Shown here piece after piece: positions 45,107 through 59,084 of a stretch of DNA of 64,000 bases. Each line of letters opens with the position of its first letter. Positions within the stretch are counted from its first letter, which is position 1. The DNA is taken from assembly GCA_963726345.1 (NCBI GenBank), contig CAVSCC010000006.1:53090-117089 (forward strand), read 5' to 3'. The notes beneath the pieces were generated by a model. The model was not told the origin of the DNA. It was given only the letters and a program-made list of their open reading frames with translations, and ran no database searches. Source of the DNA: an uncultured Coriobacteriia bacterium. GTDB taxonomy: Bacteria; Actinomycetota; Coriobacteriia; Anaerosomatales; JAAXUF01. The position numbers were made by a program, and so were the translations under genes.

Positions 45107-46237
45107 TTATTTCGACGACCGTCGTCGTCTCCCTTCTCTGGACTTGGGCTCAGGGAGCTCCTCGGGACGGTGCACGGCCTCGAAGAGCCCCAGCCAGTAG
45201 GCCATGAATCCGGTGATGACGAAGAGCGACAGCGAACGCCACGACCTTGAACGGGCCGCCGACCCACCTCACCGTGTAGCCGCCGACCGCGAGCGCGGCG
45301 CACCACACGTAGATGATGAGCACCGTCTGCGTCTGGTCGAATCCGCGGCCGAGCAGCCGATGGTGGATGTGGCCCCGGTCGGCCTCCTGGATGGGTCGCC
45401 TGTGCAGCACGCGCCGCACGATCGCCGATGCGGTGTCGAAGATGGGAACCCCGACGATGAGCAGCGGAACGGCCAGCGCGATGGTCGCTGTGGACTTCAT
45501 CACGCCCATGAGCGAGATCGCCGCGAGCGTGAATCCGAGGAACAGCGCGCCCGAGTCCCCCATGAAGATCGAGGCCGGGTGGAAGTTGTAGCGCAGGAAC
45601 GCCGCGCAGACGCCGATGACCGCCGCCGCGAGCGCCGCCGCATCGAGCCGGTTCGCCTGCGCGGCGAGCAGCAGCAGGCTCATGGCCGCGATGCGGTGAC
45701 ACCGGCTGCGAGCCCGTCCAGCCCGTCAATCAGGTTGATGACGTTGGTGAACCCCACGATGTAGATCGAGCGTGACGGGCGCGGCGAGCAGGCCCAGCGA
45801 CACGAGCCCCCCGCCGAACGGGGTTCCCCACGTAGGCGATCTTGAGCCCGGAGGCGATCGCGATTCGCAGCCGCCACGACCTGGCCGAGAAGCTTGAACC
45901 CGGGCGAGAGCGTCATGAGGTCGTCGACGAGGCCGACCAGGAAGATGACGGTCATCGCGAGCCAGCACGCCGAGGACCCGAACGCGCGCGGTCCCGCCGC
46001 CGACGAGCGTCCCTCCCCAGCCCAGGTAGTACTCGCCCGCCGCCTGGACCGCCATCGCCGTCATCACACCCGCGAAGATGGCAACGCCGCCCAGGCGCGG
46101 AATCGGCGTGCTGTGGACCTTGCGGCCGCCGGGCGTGTCGACCAGCCCGTACGCGATGGCGATCCGGCGCACCAGCGGGGTCACGATGTAGGTCACGAGC
46201 GCACCGACCGCCGCGATGAGCAGGTAGTGGCGCAGGC

Positions 46238-46241
<4 letters not shown>
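45107..46241 (-). CDS. wecA: Undecaprenyl-phosphate GlcNAc-1-phosphate transferase (WecA/Rfe/TagO family, MraY-like); at least 4 frame breaks
   Basis: The GTG at 46241 overlaps the upstream stop (GTGA). Conserved fragments are VTPLVRRIAIAYGLVDTPGGRKVHSTPIPRLGGVAIF, FLVGLVDDL, IVGFTNVINLIDGLDGLAAG, NFHPASIFMGDSGALFLGF and VPIFDTASAIVRR. The probable true stop is the TAA at 45109..45107. Confidence 0.85.
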
Positions 46242-48667
<2,426 letters not shown>

Positions 48668-48763
48668 GCGCTTGTGCGTCCTTCCGTCTGATGCCGCGCG
48701 GATGCGGCTCCTGCCGATCATGCTGTGCGCGGCCGAAGCCGCCGTGTCAGCGAATACCACTGG

Positions 48764-49226
48764 CTACTCGTCAGAACTGCCAATCGCGTCTTCCGCCGCC
48801 GAGATCTTGGCGACCCGATCGGCGTGGCGCCCCTGCGCGAACGGGGTGGCGAGGAACACGTCGACGATCTCCTCGTTGACCTGCTCGGGCACGAAGCGCG
48901 CCGAGACGGTCACCATGTTGGCGTTGTTGTGCTCGCGGGCGAGCCGCGCGAACTCCGGCGTGGTGACGTTGGCCGCGCGGACGCCGTGAACCTTGTTGGC
49001 GGCGATGGCCATGCCGATGCCCGTTCCGCACACGAGAACGCCGAGGTCAGCCTCACCGGCGGCTACGAGTCGCGCCGCGGCGATCGCGAAATCCGGGTAG
49101 TCGACAGAGTCCTCGCCGTTGAGCGTGCCGACGTCGGTGACGGTCATCCCGGCTTCAGTGAGGTGCTGCGCCAAGTCGCTGCTTCTGGTCGAATCCCGCG
49201 TGATCGCTACCGATGACGACGCGCAT
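48764..49226 (-). CDS. rpiB: Ribose-5-phosphate isomerase B; 1 frame break near 49175
   Basis: The ATG at 49226 opens MRVVIGSDHAGFDQKQ. The next frame reads ...LAQHLTEAGMTVTDVG...GVLVCGTGIGMAIAANKVHGVRAA. Confidence 0.88.
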
Positions 49227-49278
49227 GAAGTCAGCCCCTCGGGTCTTGGGTGGCGGTGAATGTCGTGATTGTACCGCA

Positions 49279-49314
49279 CTCGTGCCCGGCCCCCGCAGGG
49301 GGTCCGGGCACGAG
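49279..49314 (-). terminator. Strong nested GC hairpin downstream of tsaC
   Basis: CTCGTGCCCGG pairs with CCGGGCACGAG (11 bp) and encloses CCCCC-gca-GGGGG. It lies about 40 nt after the tsaC stop. Confidence 0.5.
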
Positions 49315-49355
49315 TCATGAGCCAGTTGGAGATGAGGTTCGTGGTGCTCGGAATG

Positions 49356-49998
49356 CTAGTTGCCGCCGGCCACAGTCGCCGTGATCTGATCGGCAGGGAT
49401 CGCTCCTTCGCGCACGATCACGGGCTCGTCACCCGTGCACAGCACCACCGTGGATGCCTGCTGGTGCGCGGTCTCGCCGCCGTCGAGGGACAGGTCGGCC
49501 GCGTGCAGGATGCGGGTCTCGACCTCTTCGAACGAGCCGGGCGCCGGGTTGCCGTGGGTGTTCGCACTGGTGGCGATGATCGGCCCGCCCGATGACTGGA
49601 TGAGCTCGATGATGACTTCATGGTCCGGGGAGCGCAGCGCGACGGTTCCGTCGGGCGCGCGGAAGTCCCGGCCGACCCGCTCCGAGGCGCGTGACCACCA
49701 GCGTGAGCGGCCCCGGCCAGTAGGCGTGCGCCAGTCGGTGTGCATAGTCGGGAATCTCGACACCGTAGGTGTCGAGCGCGTCTTCGTTCTCGACGAGCCA
49801 GGGCAGCGGCTTGTCGAGCGGTCGGACCTTGACCTCGAAGATCTCCTGAGCACCGAACTTCGAGTCAGCGAGCGCGCCGATTCCGTAGACCGTCTCGGTG
49901 GGAAACACGACGAGTCCGCCGTCACGGAGTACCGTGGCGGCAAGGTTTATCACTTCTGCGTTGGGGCTCTCCGAATCGATGTGGTACGTCTTTGACAT
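49356..49998 (-). CDS. tsaC: L-threonylcarbamoyladenylate synthase (YrdC/Sua5 domain, TsaC type); 1 frame break near 49680
   Basis: The ORF reads LRDGGLVVFPTETVYGIGALA...YWPGPLTLVV.... The next frame reads ...VALRSPDHEVIIELIQSSGGPIIATSANTHGNP. Confidence 0.88.
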
Positions 49999-50036
49999 GG
50001 CGAACGCCTCCCTGTTCATCCCTGCCCGGATGGTTG

Positions 50037-50935
50037 TCAGAGTCGTCCGCCGAGCCGAGCGCTGAGGATACGGTCGCGACCGGTGAGGTCTGAGACGACT
50101 GTGACATCTTCATACCACTCTACCGCTTCCTCGGCCGCTTTCCGCACCATTCTTTCGTCGAGTTCGACCGCCAAAAGCCCGCCCGGCCGCAGCCACCCGC
50201 GTCCACCTGCGAGAATCCGCCGGTAGACGTCGAGGCCGTCGGTTCCGCCGTCCAATGCGAGGCGCGGCTCAAAGCCCGACAACCTCGGCACGGCAGCGTC
50301 GGGACGTCGGCCGAAGGGATGTACGGCGGGTTGGAGACGATGACGTCCAGCGTCCCCCGCTCGCCTTCCGGCAGCGCCGAGAAGAGGTCGCCCGGCAGCG
50401 TGGTGACGACATCGTCCAAGCCGAGACGGGCGGCGTTCTCGGCGGTCGACTGCGACGGCTGTCGGCGAGATGTCGGTCGCGAAGACCGTCGCTGCCCGGA
50501 CACTCCGAGGCGATCGAAAGTGCGACGCAGCCCGAACCCGTGCACAGGTCGGCCACGACCGCCGCTCCGCGCTCCGTCGACCGCGCGGCGAACCGCCGGG
50601 AGGACGGTGTCGACGAGCACCTCGGTCTCGGGTCGCGGGATGAGCACACCGGGCCGCACCTTGAGCACCAGGTGGCGGAAGGCGACCTCGCCCGTGACGT
50701 ACTGGAGCGGCTCGCCGCGCGGCCCGCCGTGCGGACGCCCTCGCGCAGCGTCGCGCGCTCGGTAGTCCGAGAGCGGACGATCGTGGAAGGCGTAGAGCTC
50801 GACTCGCGAGAGCCCGGTCGCCGCCGAGAGCAGCCACTCGGCGCTGCGGCGCGGGTGCTCGTCGGCCTTCTCGGCGAGGAACGTGGTGGTCCAGTCGAGC
50901 GCGGCTTTCACGCTCCAGACCTGCTCGGCGGCCAT
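50037..50935 (-). CDS. prmC: Release-factor glutamine N5-methyltransferase PrmC/HemK; at least 3 frame breaks
   Basis: The fragments are PRRSAEWLLSAATGLSRVELYAFHDRPL, EPLQYVTGEVAFRHLVLKVRPGVLIPRPETEVLV, the catalytic DVIVSNPPYIPS, and ...LALDGGTDGLDVYRRIL...LRPGGLLAVEL. Confidence 0.88.
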
Positions 50936-50954
50936 CGCGTCCCGCTGCCGGCCG

Positions 50955-52023
50955 CTAGACGGCGGCCGCGAGGCGCTCGGCGCGGTCGGCGGCGACAAGG
51001 CCGTCGACGAGCGAGTCGATCTCGCCGGCCATGACCGCCGGGATGTTGTGGACGGTCAGGCCGATGCGGTGATCGGTGATCCGGTCCTGAGGGTAGTTGT
51101 AGGTGCGGATCTTCTCCGAGCGGTCGCCCGAGCCGATCTGGCTGCGTCGCTGGTCGCCGAGCTCGGCCTGCTGCTTCTCGAGCTCGAACTCGTAGAGCCG
51201 GGCGCGCAAGACGCGCATCGCCGCTTCGCGGTTCTGGAGCTGCGACTTCTGGTTCTGCGACTGAACCACGACGCCGGAGGGCAGGTGCGTGATGCGCACC
51301 GCCGAGTCGGTCGTGTTGACCGACTGGCCGCCCGGGCCGCTCGAGCGGTAGACGTCGATGCGGATCTCGTTCTGCTTGATCTCGATCTCGACGTCCTCGA
51401 CCTCAGGCAGCACGGCGACGGTTGCCGTCGAGGTGTGGATGCGTCCCTGCGCCTCGGTAGCGGGAACGCGCTGCACGCGGTGGACGCCGGACTCGAACTT
51501 CATCTTGGAGAACACCTTGGCGCCGCGAATACGGAACGAGACTTCCTTGAAGCCGCCGGAATCGCTCTCGGCTCGAGTCGATCTCGTCGACCTTCCACTT
51601 CTGCAGCTCGGCGTAGCGGGTGTACATGCGGTAGAGGTCGCCCGCAAAGATCGCGGCCTCGTCGCCCCCGGCTCCGGCTCGGATCTCGACGATGATGTCC
51701 TTGTCGTCGTTGGGGTCGCCGGGAAGAAGCATGACCTTGAGCTCGTCTTCGAGCAGCGGGAGCTGAGCCTCCAGCTCCTTGATCTCCTCGGCGGCGAACT
51801 CCTTCATCTCAGGGTCGCTCTCCTGCTTGAGGAGCTCTCTGGCCTCGTCAAGCTGGGCCGAGGCGGTGAGGAACTCGCGTGCCTTCTCGGCGAGAGGCGC
51901 CTGAGCTGCCTGCTCCTTGGCGAGCCGCGTGTACTCCTTCTGGTCGGCAAGGACCGCCGGATCGCCGAGCTTGGCGGTCAGCTCGGTGTAGGTGTCGAGC
52001 ATGTTCTGAAGCTTGGATCGCAT
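50955..52023 (-). CDS. prfA: Peptide chain release factor 1; 1 frame break near 51560
   Basis: The N-terminal half is in 51403..52023. The C-terminal half reads ...[29 protein letters not shown]...[26 protein letters not shown], carrying the PxT and GGQ motifs. Confidence 0.95.
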
Positions 52024-52067
52024 GGAGGTAACGCGTCCTTACGTCGGTGGTGTCTCAAACGAGGAGT

Positions 52068-53151
52068 CTAGCTTACGGTCTCCTCGACGGGCATGTCAGG
52101 TACCTCGAGAACGTCTCCGGGAAGGTCGCCGGGGTGCGGCTCACCCTTGGCGATGCGCTCCTCGCGCTCCTCGCGGGCGATGATCGGAACCATGGCCGCC
52201 ACGGCGACCTCGACCATGTCGTCGGTCGGCTCGCGCGTGGTCATGCGCTGCAGCTGCATCCCCGGCCACAGGAGGACCTTCACGAACGGGTTGGTCCGAG
52301 TGGTTGCCGGCCCACTTCACGGTGACCTCGTAGGCGAGGCCAGCGACGAGCGGCAGGAAGATCAGCCGAGCGAGGATGGCGATCATGGTGATGCCGATTC
52401 GGCTGGTCACGCCGAGGTTCTCGGCGATGAGCCTGACCGGCACGAGCGAGAAGACCAGGATCGCGAGGATCATGACCATCAGCAGGAATGACGTCCCGCA
52501 CCGCACGTGGAGCGTCTCGTAGCGCTGGATGAGCTCGGGCTCGAGCGGAAGGTTGTGCTCGTAGGCGTGGATGGTCTTGTGCTCGGCGCCGTGGTAGCCG
52601 AACACGCGCTTGATGTCTTCCATGCGCCCGATCGCCCAGATGTAGCCGAAGAACGCCACTACGCGCAGGATGCCGTCGACCATGTTCCAGGCGAACGGCT
52701 GCTCGGTGGCCTTGATGCGGAAGCCGTAGGTCGTGAGCACCGCCGGCAGGACGATGAAGAACAGGATCGCGAGTCCGGCCCCCAGCACCATGGTGATGCT
52801 GATCTCCTTGGCGGACAGCTGCTCCTCCTCGGTGTCGCCGGCAAGTGACGCGGACACCGAGAAGGCCTTCATGGCCAGCGAGAGCGTCTCGACCATCGCG
52901 ACGCAGCCTCGCACGATCGGCCAGCGCATCCAGCTCTTCTTCGCCTTGCCGGACTCCAGGTCATGCTCTTCGAAGTGGATGCTTCCGTCAGGCGTGCGGA
53001 CCGCGACGGCCCAGTTGTACCTGCCGCGCATCATGATGCCCTCGAGCACCGCCTGACCGCCGATGTGCGTGTGCGTGATCGGGCCGTCGATCGCGGGCAG
53101 CTTGGCAGTTGCGTCAGTCACGTTTGGGTGCCTTCTCGTAGGGTTCGCCAC
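52068..53151 (-). CDS. DUF1385 family membrane protein; 1 frame break near 52300
   Basis: The ORF reads IGGQAVLEGIMMRGRYNWAVAVRTPDGSI...VFGYHGAEHKTIHAYE...HVRCGTSFLL. This family typically sits next to prfA/prmC. The annotated start overlaps thyX by 38 nt, so the true start may be internal. Confidence 0.8.
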
Positions 53152-53797
53152 AGGTCATCTTGCCTTCTCGGCAGGGGCCCCGCCGACAGGATGCTCCAGC
53201 GTCCATGAAGATGTACGGGGCCACCGGCTCGATGAGGTCCAGCATCACGAGTGCCAGCTCGCGGATCTCCCACTGCGCGCGCTTGCAGCAGCGCAGCTCG
53301 AAGAAGTGCAGAAGCTCGCGGATGTTCATGGTGACGACGATCTTGGTCTCCATCGCGTTGGGCAGCAGGTAGCGCGCGTCCTCGGGCGCGACACCCGAGT
53401 CAAGGAGCTGCCGGTAGGCGATGAACGACGCCGCGCACGAGTCGAGGAACGCCGAGGCGGCCTGTTCGTCGGCGGCCACCTCGGGAGGCACGATGAACGC
53501 GGGCTCATCGGTGTAGGACACGTAGCGCTGGGACTGCTGGTTGTAGCTCGCGAGCCGATGCCTGACCAGCTGGTGCGTGAGCGCTCGCGACACGCCGTCG
53601 ATGGCGAAGGTGAAGCTCGCATGCTCCAGCGCCGAGGTATGGCCGCTGGTGATGATGACCTTGAGGACCTTGCGGACGGCCTCGTCGCTCATCGTCTCCA
53701 TGAGCTCGGCCGCGCCGACCGGCGCGTAGCACAGACGCGCCGCAGCAGCGATCGCGCGCTCCGGATCAGGCGTGCATGAGAGCAGTTTGACGTCCAC
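53114..53797 (-). CDS. thyX: FAD-dependent thymidylate synthase ThyX (intact)
   Basis: The ThyX motif is present in ...SALEHASFTFAIDGVSRALTHQLVRHRLASYNQQSQRY.... A GTG start is preceded by AGGAGG. Confidence 0.93.
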   Translation of the reverse strand: MDVKLLSCTPDPERAIAAAARLCYAPVGAAELMETMSDEAVRKVLKVIITSGHTSALEHASFTFAIDGVSRALTHQLVRHRLASYNQQSQRYVSYTDEPAFIVPPEVAADEQAASAFLDSCAASFIAYRQLLDSGVAPEDARYLLPNAMETKIVVTMNIRELLHFFELRCCKRAQWEIRELALVMLDLIEPVAPYIFMDAGASCRRGPCREGKMTCGEPYEKAPKRD

Positions 53798-53852
53798 GTA
53801 CGAGCTGCCTCCTAGGGGCTGGGCGACACGCGAGCTGCGCGAGAAAGAAGAC

Positions 53853-53878
53853 GGGGAGACGAGTCGCCTCGTCTCCCC
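53853..53878 (-). terminator. Intrinsic terminator downstream of rpmE
   Basis: An 11-bp perfect stem (GGGGAGACGAG-tcgc-CTCGTCTCCCC) is followed on the minus-sense RNA by GUCUUCUUUCUC. Confidence 0.65.
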
Positions 53879-53909
53879 ATTCTAGACAGCGTGTAGGCGA
53901 TGCGCGAAC

Positions 53910-54515
53910 TTACTCGGCGGCCTCGATGTCGGTCTCTTCGATGATCTCGGCCACGACCTCGCCGGTCTCTTCGTCGGTGATGACCGTGTCGGTGACGATG
54001 ATCTCCTCGACGACCTCGCCGGTCGCCTCGTCGGTGACAACGACGTCGTCGATGACGGTGTCGGCGACGAGCCCGTCGGCCTCGTCAACCTCGATGACCT
54101 CACTGACGGTCTCCTCGGCATCGAACTTGTCGGCGCGCGCCTCACGCTGCGCGGCCTTCTCCTCGCGAGTCGCCTTGACCTTCTCGGCTTCCTTGGCCTT
54201 GGCGGCCTTCTCGGCTTCCTTGGCCTCCTTGGCGACCTTCGCAGCGGCAGCGGCCTCGTCGGCGGCCTTCACGCGGGCGACCTTGTCGGCGGCTTCCTTC
54301 TCGCGAACCGTCGCGGCAGCGTTGCCGAACTTGTCGCTGAAGCGCTGGACACGGCCACCGGTGTCGACGAACTTCTGCTTGCCGGTGTAGAACGGGTGGC
54401 ACTCCGAGCACAGCTCGACGTGCAGGTCCGACTTGGTCGAACGCGTCTTGAACGTGTTACCGCACGAGCAGTGGACGGTTGCTTCCACGTACTCCGGGTG
54501 GATTCCCTGCTTCAC
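53910..54515 (-). CDS. rpmE: Ribosomal protein L31 (zinc-ribbon type A) with a ~130-aa C-terminal extension (intact, 201 aa)
   Basis: The first ~70 aa are canonical L31: [64 protein letters not shown]. An A/K/E-rich tract follows, and then acidic repeats ([14 protein letters not shown] / [14 protein letters not shown]). A GTG start is preceded by GGAGG. Confidence 0.9.
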   Translation of the reverse strand: MKQGIHPEYVEATVHCSCGNTFKTRSTKSDLHVELCSECHPFYTGKQKFVDTGGRVQRFSDKFGNAAATVREKEAADKVARVKAADEAAAAAKVAKEAKEAEKAAKAKEAEKVKATREEKAAQREARADKFDAEETVSEVIEVDEADGLVADTVIDDVVVTDEATGEVVEEIIVTDTVITDEETGEVVAEIIEETDIEAAE

Positions 54516-54758
54516 TTACAAACACCTCCGATAACGGCCTGGTTTCCGACCAGGCCTGAGGACAGCCGAGCTAGTGTATCACCGCACCAGCCGACCAGCA
54601 AAGGAAATCTGGACGGGTTTGAGGGTCTTCGCAACGGGGTCGAGCTGTGCGAGCGGCATCCCTTGGGGGTGCCGCGCGCAGTTACGCAGCAGAGCCGCCC
54701 ACACGGGCGGCTCTGCGAGTATGTCTGAGCACGGCGCCCCCGAGGGATGCCGCGCCTG
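54516..54758 (-). promoter_or_regulatory. Structured rho-rpmE intergenic region (rho terminator and/or candidate L31 leader)
   Basis: There is an 8-bp hairpin at 54536-54556 next to the rpmE RBS. A 12-bp perfect hairpin at 54689-54716 is nested inside 25-nt inverted-repeat arms at 54653-54677 and 54728-54752 (22/25 complementary). Confidence 0.35.
54689..54716 (-). terminator. 12-bp perfect GC hairpin about 40 nt downstream of the rho stop
   Basis: GCAGAGCCGCCC-acac-GGGCGGCTCTGC, read directly. Confidence 0.5.
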
Positions 54759-56114
<1,356 letters not shown>

Positions 56115-56118
<4 letters not shown>

Positions 56119-56777
56119 GCGTTCTTCACTTTCTCCCAGTCGGCCAGGAATGACTCCAGGCCCCTATCGGTGAGCGGATGCTTCACCAGGTTCTTGAGCA
56201 CGGAGAACGGGACCGTCGCGATGTCGGCGCCCATGAGGGCCGCCTGCGTGACGTGGTTCGCCGAGCGAATCGAGGCCGCGATGACCTCGACTTCGTGACC
56301 GAAGTCGTAGTTGCCCAGCGCGACGACCACGTCGGCGAGCTGGGCGATACCGTCTTCGCTGATGTCGTCGAACCTGCCGACGAACGGCGATATGTACGAA
56401 GCTCCCGAACGGGCCGCCAGCATCGCCTGCGGCACCGTGAAGCACAGCGTCATGTTCACCTTGATGCCGCGCTCGTGAAGGATCTTGGTGGCGGCCAGGC
56501 CCTCGGGCATGGTCGGGACCTTCACGATGAGGTTCGGCGCGATGGCTGCGAGCTCCTCGCCCTCGCGCACGATCTCGTCACGCTTCAGGCCGACGGTCTC
56601 GCCGCTCACCGGGCCGTCGACGATGTCGCAGATGCGCTTCAGGTGGTCGTGGAAGCCCGCGAGCGTACCGCCGACCCGCGAGTACAGCGTGGGGTTGGTC
56701 GTGACTCCGGAGAGCACACCCCAACTCGCCGCCTCTTCGATCTCGGCGATGTCCGCCGTGTCCAGAAAGAACTTCAC
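56115..56777 (-). CDS. tal: Short-type transaldolase / fructose-6-phosphate aldolase family (intact, ~220 aa)
   Basis: A GTG at 56777 is preceded by GGGAGGAAAG. The ORF reads VKFFLDTADIAEIEEAASWGVLSGVTTNPTLY...LIVKVPTMPEGLAATKILHERGIKVNMTLCFTVPQAMLAA...ASYISPFVGRFDD. The ORF track fuses it to the upstream gene (56115..58130). Confidence 0.9.
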
Positions 56778-56820
56778 GTCGTCTTTCCTCCCACCTTCTC
56801 TGTGCGCCGAGTATCCGGCT

Positions 56821-57728
56821 CTAGTCGGTATCGAGAGCGCTTGCCACCACGATGCTCGAGCACTTCTGCCACCGTGCGGTCGAGCTGGTGGCTGTAGATG
56901 CACCGGGATGTCGTGTTCCTGCGCAAGGTCCTCGATGTATCCACCCAGCGTGCGGATGTTTGCGAAGTTGTCGCGGTAGCGCGCGTGCGGCCGATTGCCG
57001 TCTGTCTGGGCTTCTCGGATGTAGAAGTGGCTCAGATGGGATTCCTCGTCATCCACCCCGATGACGAGCTGGACCACCCGAGCGGTGCCGAACTTTCGGG
57101 GGTCAAGGTATCCCGGGACGATGTGGATGCCCTCCACCACCATCGACATGCCTTCGAGCACCGCGCGCTTGATCAGCGCGTTGACTCCGGTGCTTACGAC
57201 GGCGGTCTGCTCGCGAAAGCCGACGATCACGGGATTGGCGCCTTGCGGCACCGGGACTCGCAGACCTCGCCACGCGTTGAACGCACTCTGATGAATCGCG
57301 GGCATGAGGTCCTTGGTGAATATACCACGCATGACTTCTCGGATGGAATCCGTCGACGAAATGCGGTTGATGCCCAGCCGGTGGGCGACCTCGGTGGCGA
57401 TCGTCGACTTGCCCACGCCGGTCGTTCCGCCGATCAGCACGATGAGCGGGCGGTCGCTGGCGAGACACCTCGCGAAGCTTCCGGTAGCGCGTCGCGTACC
57501 GCTCCCCCGCCGAGCGCTCCAGATGCTCCATCGGCGATCGTGCGAACCCTCTCCGAGGAGATCCTGTGTCTCGTCGTGCTCGAGCAGCTCGTCTTCGATG
57601 GCTTGGGCGATCGTCCAGGCCTTGTTGGGCACCAGCCCGGTCGCCGTGAACGACTGGGCGAGCAGGCCCTTGGAGAACGGCAGGCCGTGCGCCTTGTCGG
57701 TGATGATGATCGTCTTGGAGTCTGTCAC
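56821..57728 (-). CDS. 2-phosphoglycerate kinase homologue (COG2074-type); about 4 frame breaks
   Basis: A GTG at 57728 is preceded by GGGGAGGGGG. The N-terminal domain reads VTDSKTIIITDKAHGLPFSKGLLAQSFTATGLVPNKAWTIAQAIEDELLEH. The P-loop kinase core reads DRPLIVLIGGTTGVGKSTIATEVAHRLGINRISSTDSIREVMRGIF...AIHQSAFNAW...MVVEGIHIVPGYLD. As far as I remember it, this matches the archaeal 2PGK family. The probable stop is the TAG at 56823..56821. Confidence 0.75.
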
Positions 57729-59084
57729 GTCGCCCCCTCCCCACGCGTCCGCCCGCGAGCTAGCGCGGTTCGGGCAACCGAGCTCGATAGCTGCTTCCAG
57801 GTCCGCGCCGTCGACGGCGACCGGCACGTTGTCGCAGAGCACCGTCGGCACACCCCACTCCTCGCCCGCGGCCGCCACCACGTCGATCGCGGCCGCCTTG
57901 AGCTCGGTCAGCAGCAGGTCGAACCTGCCTGCCGACGGCGGCCATGTCCGCGCGCAGCAGCGAGCGGTCCGAGAGGTTGCGCGCTCGACGCGACGACCTC
58001 GCAGCCGTACTCGCTCCTCGAGGTGCGCCGCGAGCGTCGGCAGCATCGCAGCGGGCGCGGTCGTCGCGAAGAAGACGCGCTTGCCCGCGACCGGCTCGAT
58101 GGGCGCCGGGCGAAACGTCGTGGCGACCACCGGCAGGTCCGGCCGCGCCGAGGCGATCGCAGCGCGGATGGCCGTCGATCTCGGCGGGCGTGGCGACGGG
58201 CTCCTCGGCGGTGGCGATGATCGCGAGGTCCGCGCGCGCGAGGCGGTACGGGCCGAAGTAGTCGCGCACGTACGTCTCGCCGCGGCCGGCGCCGATCACG
58301 AGCACGGTCGCGTCGGCCGCGACCGGCGGAATCGCCGAGCCGGAGCCCTCGAGGATGAGGAGCTCCTTGCCGAGCGTGTCGGCGAGCAGCGCGCCTTCGG
58401 GCACGTTGCTGAAGAACGTCTCGCCGGCCATGCCGCCGCCGCACCGCCGGCAGCCGACGGTCGTGACGCGGCTCATCACCGCGTCCTCGTAGTTGTCGCT
58501 CGACGCGTGCACGCCCTCGCGCGCGAGCGCGAGCAGGTCGGGGGTGGTGAGCGCGACGCGCTCGCCGAAGATCAGCTCGGGCTCGGCGGGACCTCCTCGG
58601 CCCATCGCCAGCACCGCGACGTCGATCCCTGCGGCCTTGAGCTGCCGAGCGATGTAGGCGCTGACGGCGGTCTTGCCCACGCGCTTGCCGGTGCCGATGA
58701 TCCCGAGCGCCGGCGTCACGGTGACCACCTGCGCGCGGGGCGGCGTGAAGACGAAGTCCGCGCCGCGGTACTCGGCACCCGGCGGCCAGCGCGATGGACG
58801 CGAGTTCGAAGCGCTCGGCCGAGGTCAGCACCGGCTCGTCGGACAGGTCGACCACGGCGTCGGGCAGGTAGCGTTCAAGCGCCGTCGACAGCGCCTCGGC
58901 GGCGGTGGGTGCGGTCACGAGCGGCACGCCGTAGGCGCCGAACCCCGCGTCGAGGTCGATCTTCTCGGTCCCGCCGAGAAACGCCGCCGCGACGCACCTC
59001 GTGCTCGCGCGCGAGCTCCCCGAGCGCGAAGCGAACGACGGGCGGGTAGTGCTCGCCGTCGATGAGCGCGACGACGCGGCTCAT
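57725..59084 (-). CDS. Cyclic 2,3-diphosphoglycerate synthetase (cDPGS) homologue; at least 5 frame breaks
   Basis: The ATG at 59084 overlaps the upstream stop (ATGA). The reconstructed protein reads MSRVVALIDGEHYPPVVRFALGELAREHEV / VAAAFLGGTEKIDLDAGFGAYGVPLVTAPTAAEALSTALERYLPDAVVDLSDEPVLTSAERFELASIALAAGC / YRGADFVF...VTPALGIIGTGKRVGKTAVSAYIARQLKAAGIDVAVLAMGRGGPAEPE...LILEGSGSAIPPV...VVATTFRPAPIEPVAGKRVFFATT...FDLLLTELKAAAIDVV. The LIDGEHYPP start, the GTGKRVGKT P-loop and the ~440-aa length fit the cDPGS family as I recall it from Methanothermus. The 3' end is ambiguous (57725 or 57760). Confidence 0.7.
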
